Shown: piece after piece, positions 26,379-32,000 of the stretch
Layout of the letters: each line of letters begins with the position of its first letter
How positions within the stretch are numbered: the stretch's first letter is position 1
Assembly: GCA_026625185.1 (NCBI GenBank)
Contig: CP113000.1
Coordinates: 2,802,651-2,834,650 of the forward strand
From: Thermodesulfobacteriota bacterium
GTDB taxonomy: Bacteria; Desulfobacterota; WTBG01; JAGOGO01
Direction of reading: 5' to 3'
DNA length: 32,000 nt
Made by a program: the position numbers and the translations under genes
Notes under the pieces: model-generated
The model's input: only the letters and a program-made list of their open reading frames with translations
Database searches by the model: none
What the model was told of the DNA's origin: nothing

Positions 26379-28283
26379 TTAACCTTTATCGCGCAGAGGA
26401 TTTGTTTTGGCCCACAACAACAGAGTTGAGCTGAAAACCACCGTAATGCAACCAGCCTCCTGAAATATAACCGCCAAAACAGGGCTGAGCAACCCCAGGC
26501 TGCCTAACAAAAGTCCCACTGCATTGTAAATGATGGAAAAAAAGATATTTAATTTGATACGCCGCAGCACTTTTTTCGACATGTACACAAAATCAACAAC
26601 CCCCGACAAGTCATCATTCATCAAGGTAACGTTCGCAGTCTCAATGGCCGCATCTGTGCCCGCCGCCCCCATGGCAACGCCGACATCCGCCAAAGCCAGG
26701 GCCGGGGCGTCATTGATACCGTCCCCAATCATTCCCACAAGGTGTCCTTCCTCTTGCAGTTCCTTTACAACTTGTTGTTTCTGTGCCGGAAGAAGCTCTG
26801 CCTGGAAGTTGTCCACACCAATCTGTCCGGCAACCGATTGAGCTACTCGCTGATTGTCTCCGGTAAGCATTGTGATACTCTGAATGCCCATTGCTTTCAA
26901 AGAAGCAATGGCTTGGGAGGTCTCCGGGCGGATCTCGTCCGAAATACCAATCAAACCGATAACCTTCATGCTGTTTGTCACCAGAATGGCAGTTCTACCC
27001 TGCTCCGTCTGACCCAAAACAGTTCTCTCGATGTCTTCACCAAGAGATATGCCTTTACCTCGCAAAAACTCATCTTTGCCGACCAATATCTTTTTGTCAC
27101 CATAGACAGCACTCACCCCCATGCCGGCCTCACTATTGAATTCGTCTGGGTCCGGTATCTCAATACCACGTTTTTTAGAGATACCCATGACCGCTTTGGC
27201 CAAAGGATGCTCGGAGAATTTTTCGGCTATCGCCGCAAGACGCAGGACATGATTTTCTGATATAGTGCCAAAGCCGACCACCTCCTCTACTTTCGGTCTA
27301 CCGAAGGTAAATGTGCCCGTCTTATCAATCAGGAGCCTATTAAGCTTCCCGGCCAACTCCAGGAATACACCCCCCTTGACCAGTACACCTCTACGCGCCA
27401 AATTGGCGATGCCTGCTGTCACCGCTGTCGGAGTGGCAATAGCAAAAGCACAGGGGCAGGCTACAAGAAGGATAGACACTGCAACCCTGATGTCACCAGA
27501 GGTAAAATAGCCTATGACCGCTATCACCAGCACCGTAGGCAGAAACCATGTGGTAAAGCGGTCTGCGATGTTCTGGATAGGCGCTTTGGTATTTTGTGCT
27601 TCCTCTACCAGATGAACAATTTTCGCTAAGGTAGTATCCTCACCGGTTTTGTTTGTCCGAATTTCCAGAAAGCCCGTCTCATTTAATGTTCCGCTAAAAA
27701 CCTCGCTCCCTTTAAACTTTTCAACCGGCATCGACTCTCCGGTAATTGGGGCCTGGTTCACACTGCCTGCCCCCGCCACCACAATCCCATCAACGGGAAT
27801 GCGTTCCCCTGGTCTCACAATCACTACTTCACCAACCTGAACCTCACTTGCTAAAATAGTGACTTCCGCTCCTTCCCGGCGAATCACTGCCATTTTGGGA
27901 CTAAGGTCTAAGAGGTTTCTGAGGCTCCTGCGGGTCTTGTCCAGGGTATAAGATTCCAAGGCCCCAGCTACAGCCATGATGAACACGATGATAGCTGCTG
28001 CTCGAAACTCACCCACGGCAACAGTGGCTATCAGGGCTACGGTTACAAAAACATTGACCGTTATTTTTCGGTTATATATATCCTTAAAACCGCCAAGAAA
28101 TCGCAGGAACCCCCCAAACAGGGTAGCAACCAGCGCAAATCCCGAATTTAAAAAATACGGCCCAATCTGCCAATAAGCCAGCGCCCAGCTTGCCACAATA
28201 AGAATTCCCACGACCACAGGTACAATAGCCAAAACCGCTATTTCACGGTAATTGATCAGTTCTTCCGTTTCATCTTGATACAT
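26379..28283 (-). CDS. Heavy-metal translocating P1B-type ATPase without a recognisable N-terminal metal-binding domain
   Basis: TM CPC motif (LLVACPCAFAIATP), DKTGTFT, MLTGDN and GDGINDAPAL, with 4 TM helices before the actuator domain (8-TM P1B topology). Start placed at MYQDETEEL (28283, AAAGGGGA upstream). The ORF stays open to 28520, but that stretch is Arg/Lys-rich and looks non-protein-like. Confidence 0.85.
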   Translation of the reverse strand: MYQDETEELINYREIAVLAIVPVVVGILIVASWALAYWQIGPYFLNSGFALVATLFGGFLRFLGGFKDIYNRKITVNVFVTVALIATVAVGEFRAAAIIVFIMAVAGALESYTLDKTRRSLRNLLDLSPKMAVIRREGAEVTILASEVQVGEVVIVRPGERIPVDGIVVAGAGSVNQAPITGESMPVEKFKGSEVFSGTLNETGFLEIRTNKTGEDTTLAKIVHLVEEAQNTKAPIQNIADRFTTWFLPTVLVIAVIGYFTSGDIRVAVSILLVACPCAFAIATPTAVTAGIANLARRGVLVKGGVFLELAGKLNRLLIDKTGTFTFGRPKVEEVVGFGTISENHVLRLAAIAEKFSEHPLAKAVMGISKKRGIEIPDPDEFNSEAGMGVSAVYGDKKILVGKDEFLRGKGISLGEDIERTVLGQTEQGRTAILVTNSMKVIGLIGISDEIRPETSQAIASLKAMGIQSITMLTGDNQRVAQSVAGQIGVDNFQAELLPAQKQQVVKELQEEGHLVGMIGDGINDAPALALADVGVAMGAAGTDAAIETANVTLMNDDLSGVVDFVYMSKKVLRRIKLNIFFSIIYNAVGLLLGSLGLLSPVLAVIFQEAGCITVVFSSTLLLWAKTNPLRDKG

Positions 28284-28356
28284 GATGTAAAAATCCCCTT
28301 TAAGAGTGAATGGGGGCTTACGGCTTGACCCATCCGCAGTGCCCCGGTCAAAAACA

Positions 28357-28527
28357 CTATTTCTTCTCGCTCTTGTCACCATTCTTGTCATCAGCGACTG
28401 TTTTATCATCCTTTGTTGCAGGACCCCCGCAACCTTCTCCCGGGCCTCAAGAACATCCACCAGTTTTAGCCATAGATTCCATAATCGCCGACCAGAAGCC
28501 CTTTTTCTTTTTCTCTTCATTTTTCAT
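28357..28527 (-). CDS. Candidate small selenoprotein (56 aa with UGA read as Sec) or 26-aa leader peptide
   Basis: GAGGTGA (28539-28533) plus 5 nt leads to ATG 28527. Peptide: MKNEEKKKKGFWSAIMESMAKTGGCS-[TGA 28449-28447]-GPGEGCGGPATKDDKTVADDKNGDKSEKK-TAG. A hairpin follows 12 nt after the TGA. Confidence 0.45.
28415..28434 (-). promoter_or_regulatory. Candidate SECIS hairpin for the small ORF
   Basis: Minus strand GGUUGCGGG-GGU-CCUGCAAC: 8 bp including one G-U pair, with a GGU apical loop. It resembles the E. coli fdhF SECIS apex GGUUGCAGGUCUGCACC as I recall it. The spacing from the UGA is the same as in selD in this window. Confidence 0.45.
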
Positions 28528-28576
28528 CTTAATCACCTCTCTTCGTGGACATATAATGAAATTAAACTTTTTTCCT

Positions 28577-29365
28577 TTATGTTGTTGGCACCCCAAAATC
28601 TCTGATACCTATCCATTCTCTTGAAAGGAGTGCCATATTTTTTTCAAACTGCTCCAAATGAGTTTCAAGCGCTTTTGCTTCCTGATATACGTAGCGAGCC
28701 TCGTTGGCTAAGCCAGCATCCTTGGCCAATTTTTCAATCCGGCGGGTAAAACCTCCGAGAGGTGCAATCCGGTTTCTAAAATTGTGTGCGATTTCACCTA
28801 CAAAGACCTCATTCTTTTTTATAGATTCAATCATGTGCTCGACTAATTCCGCTCGTCCAACGGCTGCTCCAATCAATTCACCCACCACCTTCAAATAGTC
28901 GAAATCTTTAGAAGAAATAGGAGACCCTTCTTTACCCGAGTCAACAATTAATGCCCCAACTTTATTCTCTTCCTGAGTAACCGGATGTACATACCAAATC
29001 GGAATGATCGCCTTAATCTTGACCGCATCCGATAAAGTGTGTCGGTAACCCTCGGTTTGACGGATATCAGTCAAATTTACCGGTACTCGGTTTTTGACCA
29101 CCTCCCAGACAATGCTCTCCTTGCATACCGGAACTTTTTCTATCGGGCAATCATATTTACCCACCCAGCAGGTGAGCTTCAATTCGTCTCTTTCCATAAG
29201 GACACACCGCGCCCGTTTTCCTAACCTTTGGCTTAATTGATCGAGACAAGTTTTAATAAGATAATCACGATTCATACAGGTGCTCACCAGACGGGCGATT
29301 TCTATGAGATCCTGGTAACGTCTGGAAATATCCCCTTCTTTTCCCTTTGCCTTTTTAGTCCCCAT
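28577..29365 (-). CDS. GAF domain plus HisKA-like dimerisation/phosphoacceptor (DHp) protein lacking a catalytic HATPase domain
   Basis: Start at ATG 29365 after GGAGG plus 7 nt. The central region is GAF-like. The H-box VGEIAHNFRNRIAPLGGF sits near the C-terminus, and the protein ends about 55 aa later with no N/G1/F/G2 boxes. Confidence 0.7.
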   Translation of the reverse strand: MGTKKAKGKEGDISRRYQDLIEIARLVSTCMNRDYLIKTCLDQLSQRLGKRARCVLMERDELKLTCWVGKYDCPIEKVPVCKESIVWEVVKNRVPVNLTDIRQTEGYRHTLSDAVKIKAIIPIWYVHPVTQEENKVGALIVDSGKEGSPISSKDFDYLKVVGELIGAAVGRAELVEHMIESIKKNEVFVGEIAHNFRNRIAPLGGFTRRIEKLAKDAGLANEARYVYQEAKALETHLEQFEKNMALLSREWIGIRDFGVPTT

Positions 29366-29487
29366 CTCAGAACCTCCATCGTTCCTTGTTTTACTCAACA
29401 ATTTTCAGACATCGTAATGCCCTGGGCCAAGTCTCAATAAAATTCTCCATGCTAAAACGCTATGCTTTTAAAAGTGTTTTCCGTGTT

Positions 29488-30117
29488 TCAAAACGTAACG
29501 AGAAAATAGAACCCGGCAATCATCAAAACCGATCCTGAAACCCATCGGGTTGCGGCATCGGCGCCCTTGGCCGCGAGGCTGACTTTGCTCAGCGAAACGC
29601 CCAGCAAGACGGCTCCCAGCGGTATGCTGAAACCAATGGCAAACATGGCCAGCATTAATATCGCCCAAACGACTTTCCCTTGCAGAATCGCCGCTCCGAT
29701 AACGATAAATATGCCGGGATTACACGGGCAAGAACTGACGGCGACAATCCCGCCGAGCACAAGTCCGGCCAAGGCCGCTCCGAATTTTCCCACCCTATTC
29801 GTAATTCCTCCGAGCTTCCCGAAAGATAGTTTAAAGGGCAGAAGGCTCAGCGTGGCCAGCCCCAAAAAAACCGCCACGAGTCCGGCGAATACCTTCCAGT
29901 ACCGGCCCAAGCTGCTCTGGGCAATTTGCCCGACGAACCCGGCGATACCGCCAATGATCATCAGGGAGACAATCGTTCCCACGGTAAAAAACAACGCGGT
30001 CTTGAAAGCCGCCTTCCGATTGTCATTCGCCTGGGCGCCGGAATACCCGACCAGAATCCCCAACGCAGGGAGGGTGCAGCAAGCGCTCATGGCCGCGCTC
30101 ACAGCGCCAAGGAGCAA
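29488..30117 (-). CDS. CcdA/DsbD-like 6-TM membrane protein with vicinal CC and CPC motifs; 5' end probably frameshifted
   Basis: 209-aa ORF from TTG. TM1 carries SACCTLP and TM4 carries VSSCPCNPG. An SD-led ATG at 30185 encodes MLESITNSLQQVASHNP in another frame and would join LGLVFALLLGAV... if the C4 run at about 30133-30136 were C5. Confidence 0.7.
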   Translation of the reverse strand: MLLGAVSAAMSACCTLPALGILVGYSGAQANDNRKAAFKTALFFTVGTIVSLMIIGGIAGFVGQIAQSSLGRYWKVFAGLVAVFLGLATLSLLPFKLSFGKLGGITNRVGKFGAALAGLVLGGIVAVSSCPCNPGIFIVIGAAILQGKVVWAILMLAMFAIGFSIPLGAVLLGVSLSKVSLAAKGADAATRWVSGSVLMIAGFYFLVTF

Positions 30118-30200
30118 GGCGAATACAAGGCCCAGGGGTTGTGCGAGGCAACCTGTTGCAGGGAGTTGGTTATTGATTCAAGCATGAAACACCCCTTTTC

Positions 30201-31319
30201 TCAATTGCATCCGGATGATGGCGCGCAACTCGATGGTCCGCAGCCCCCGGCTCGTGATGTTGCCGTAAATGCCTGCAACAATTTCGATTCCGTAACGTCC
30301 CCGGTGACTGCCGCCATGCCTTTACCCTTGCTTGCGACGAGAATGGCAGGGGCCTGAACTTGAGTAGAGATCTTGGAGTAATCGGGGGAACTGACCGGCA
30401 AGGTATATATTCCAAGGTTGATCTTGTTGGTTTTTAAAGTTTTTTGTGCCGACAGAACGGCGTCTTTTGTCTGGTCCTTAACCGCCTCATCCTTTTCACG
30501 GGGAATGAAAATAAAAACAGCGTCTTGACTCAAAGCTACCTTGTTAAGGTCGCTGAGAGACTCCAGGTATTCCCCAATTTTGGGCACTGCCTTGGAATTT
30601 TTAAGCTCTACTTTCTCTATTTTTTTCTCCTTTTTATTCTCAATGGGCTTTTGATCGACAACTTTAGAGGTTTCTGTAATTTCATTTTTGACAGGCATCT
30701 CTGCTTTGTCGCCATTTAAAGGCTGGGTGGCGCTATCGGTCACTGGTTCAGGGGCCTTGGGTGCGACAGTAAAGCCGGATGTTTTTGCTGCGGCCAAATC
30801 GTTAGATGATTTCCCTTTTGTGACCGATGTCTTGAAGATTAGGATGCCGATGACTACCAATAACACGATAAGGCTGACTGCAACCTTGATTCCCTTGGCT
30901 TTCGGGGGGGCGTTGCAAGCGCACCCGGGTCCGCAGGAATTCATGCCGCTCTGTGGTTCGAGTGGAGATGGGGGGCTGTTAATGGGCGAATGCTCTGCGG
31001 TCACCACCTTGTCAATTCCTATAAATTGCAGAAGTTCACCCCTTAAGGGATAGCTCCCTCTGCTTACAATTACCCCATCCACCAAAATTAGGGGAAGACA
31101 TTTGTTGCCTTCTCGATTCAGAGCTTCCGCCACACGTTCCTCCCGGGCAAACTCGGCGGTATGTGAAGAGAGGTTGAATCGCTCTACCACCACGCCCTTT
31201 TTCCGCAACCAGTCCAGGTCACTGGAAAACCTCACCAAATCGGGATCAACTTTTGGTCCGCACACCACACTCGAACAGCACATCGGCGGGTCGTACACTT
31301 GCAGTTTGGTTTGTTGCAT
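30201..31319 (-). CDS. ArsD-domain fusion protein: ArsD metallochaperone-like N-domain, Cys-rich linker, TM helix, Trx-fold-like C-domain, Cys-rich tail
   Basis: Start ATG 31319 (AGGAG plus 6 nt). KLQVYDPPMCCSSVVCGPKVDPDLVRFSSDLDWLRKKGVVVERFNL...CLPLILVDG matches R773 ArsD, including Cys12/13/18. Then come CGPGCAC, the TM helix IKVAVSLIVLLVVIGILIF, and the tail GGCGPSSCAPSSGCN. Confidence 0.75.
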   Translation of the reverse strand: MQQTKLQVYDPPMCCSSVVCGPKVDPDLVRFSSDLDWLRKKGVVVERFNLSSHTAEFAREERVAEALNREGNKCLPLILVDGVIVSRGSYPLRGELLQFIGIDKVVTAEHSPINSPPSPLEPQSGMNSCGPGCACNAPPKAKGIKVAVSLIVLLVVIGILIFKTSVTKGKSSNDLAAAKTSGFTVAPKAPEPVTDSATQPLNGDKAEMPVKNEITETSKVVDQKPIENKKEKKIEKVELKNSKAVPKIGEYLESLSDLNKVALSQDAVFIFIPREKDEAVKDQTKDAVLSAQKTLKTNKINLGIYTLPVSSPDYSKISTQVQAPAILVASKGKGMAAVTGDVTESKLLQAFTATSRAGGCGPSSCAPSSGCN

Positions 31320-31340
31320 CACTTTCTCCTTTAAATTAGA

Positions 31341-31580
31341 TTAACCACAGCATTTGGAATTGCTGTCAGAACAGCAGGCGCCACTGTTTGATTGGGGCTG
31401 ATTGAGAACCAAGCCAACATGCTTCCTCATAGCAGTTAAGGTGCCTTTTTCAACCATATAGCCGACTTCAATTGCCACTTTTATTTCGTTTTCGTCAACC
31501 TTAAGTTCCCGCGCCTTGCCCAGGTGAACCGTCAGGCAGGGCTGACAATGAGTTCCAACCGAGACACCAATGGCGATCAA
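31341..31580 (-). CDS. Carboxymuconolactone decarboxylase / AhpD-like CxxC protein with a Cys-rich tail
   Basis: (L)IAIGVSVGTHCQPCLTVHLGKARELKVDENEIKVAIEVG is the AhpD-core CxxC motif. The tail is GACCSDSNSKCCG. Family similarity continues upstream (NLIDERIKEL), but TTG 31580 is the only canonical start. Confidence 0.7.
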   Translation of the reverse strand: MIAIGVSVGTHCQPCLTVHLGKARELKVDENEIKVAIEVGYMVEKGTLTAMRKHVGLVLNQPQSNSGACCSDSNSKCCG

Positions 31581-31647
31581 CTCCTTTATGCGCTCGTCGA
31601 TTAAATTGCTCCTTTCATTTTCTTGTTCGTAAGTCGATGATGATCGT

Positions 31648-31875
31648 TCATCCGCAACTACATCCGGGCCCGCAACCTCCCGACTCGCCTCCCGACTTAT
31701 TTCCCCTGCTCACCTTTGAACTGAGAATGCCGAATCCGCCCAGGACGACGCGCCGAATCGGCTCACCCGTGTCGGGATGTGTTGTCAACGCCTCGTCCTT
31801 CATGCTTTGCTGAATCTCATAGATCTTCGGCTTCTCTCCGGGATTTCCCGGAATCGTTTCGTAAACGTAAATCAT
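31648..31875 (-). CDS. FmdB-family-like small protein lacking both CxxC knuckles, with a GCGPGCSCG tail
   Basis: Start ATG 31875 after AAGGAGA plus 8 nt. MIYVYETIPGNPGEKPKIYEIQQSMKDEALTTHPDTGEPIRRVV parallels FmdB MPIYEYxCxxCGxxFExxQxMxDxxLxxCPxCGxxxxR with the Cys positions replaced. The tail is GGESGGCGPGCSCG. Confidence 0.55.
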   Translation of the reverse strand: MIYVYETIPGNPGEKPKIYEIQQSMKDEALTTHPDTGEPIRRVVLGGFGILSSKVSRGNKSGGESGGCGPGCSCG

Positions 31876-32000
31876 GGTGCCATTCTCCTTTTTTTGGCGT
31901 ATCTTCGTTCGTTTAGTACGTAAAAGCGGTCTGTCAAGGAGGCTGGGGAATTCCAGCACCGCGTCTGGTCGAACAGAATCGGCTAAGGCAATCGGATTTC

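Noticed and set aside
28284-28520. N-terminal 79-codon extension of the P1B-ATPase ORF (MKRKRKRASGRRLWNLW...)
   Set aside because: It is Arg/Lys-rich, low-complexity and non-protein-like, with no metal-binding motif. The first TM helix follows Met80, which has its own purine-rich SD-like stretch. The same DNA encodes, in another frame, an SD-led small ORF. I therefore treat it as an open-frame artefact rather than part of the ATPase.
29567-30357. Long plus-strand ORFs 29567-30187 and 29926-30357
   Set aside because: They are antisense shadows of the GC-rich CcdA-like and ArsD-fusion genes. The composition is Pro/Ala/Arg-rich, with no SD and no motifs.
31645-31650. Read-through of the TGA ending the FmdB-like protein (tail ...CGPGCSCG-TGA) as Sec
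   Set aside because: The downstream in-frame sequence (TIIIDLRTRK*) is short and not motif-like, and no hairpin follows at SECIS distance.
1-32000. Search by eye for CRISPR arrays, tRNA/rRNA genes, IS elements, integrases and prophage genes
   Set aside because: No regularly spaced direct repeats, no cloverleaf-like or rRNA-like conserved segments, and no transposase or integrase motifs were recognised. Absence by eye is not proof; tRNAscan/Infernal/ISfinder would settle it.

Overview
Chromosomal window from a selenocysteine-decoding, probably anaerobic bacterium. It is densely coded, mostly on the minus strand, and I recognised no rRNA, tRNA, CRISPR array or intact transposase. Five blocks: (1) 0-11.6 kb is mixed housekeeping: an agmatinase-family fragment, two radical SAM proteins, NikR, WbqC-like, a PP-loop ATPase, HAD, an M29 aminopeptidase, an outer-membrane barrel and glutaminyl cyclase. 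An AT-rich two-gene insert (a palm-domain cyclase-like protein plus a small helical protein) sits beside a 670-bp repeat-rich non-coding gap. (2) 11.6-20.8 kb is a selenium-utilisation island. It holds SelD with an in-frame UGA (Sec) that the ORF track truncates, DUF3343, long YedF, a class-V cysteine desulfurase, TusA-like, YedE, a porin broken by one in-frame TAG, and a LysR regulator. An ATP-dependent double-cubane/2-hydroxyacyl-CoA-dehydratase-like reductase and its activase are embedded in the middle. (3) 20.8-22.2 kb has a zinc-ribbon-PilZ protein, a decayed HU gene and an intact Lys-rich H1-like gene. (4) 22.8-25.2 kb has Mo/W-cofactor-related genes (FmdE-like, MoeA/MogA-like, divergent MoaE) with a partial 5' gene duplication and a structured leader. 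(5) 25.5-31.9 kb is a GC-richer minus-strand locus of thiol-rich proteins feeding into a P1B-type ATPase that has no metal-binding domain. Its members are a Cys-less FmdB-like protein, an AhpD-like CxxC protein, an ArsD-TM-Trx-like fusion, a CcdA/DsbD-like membrane protein with CC and CPC motifs, and a GAF-DHp protein. The most interesting signals are in block 5: an unannotated Shine-Dalgarno-led 56-codon ORF with an in-frame UGA inside a GGCS-U-GPGEGCGG motif and an fdhF-like SECIS hairpin at the same spacing as in selD, and a second small ORF whose SD-led 5' extension carries two UGAs arranged as U-x-x-U. All functional calls rest on motif recognition by eye; no database search was run.
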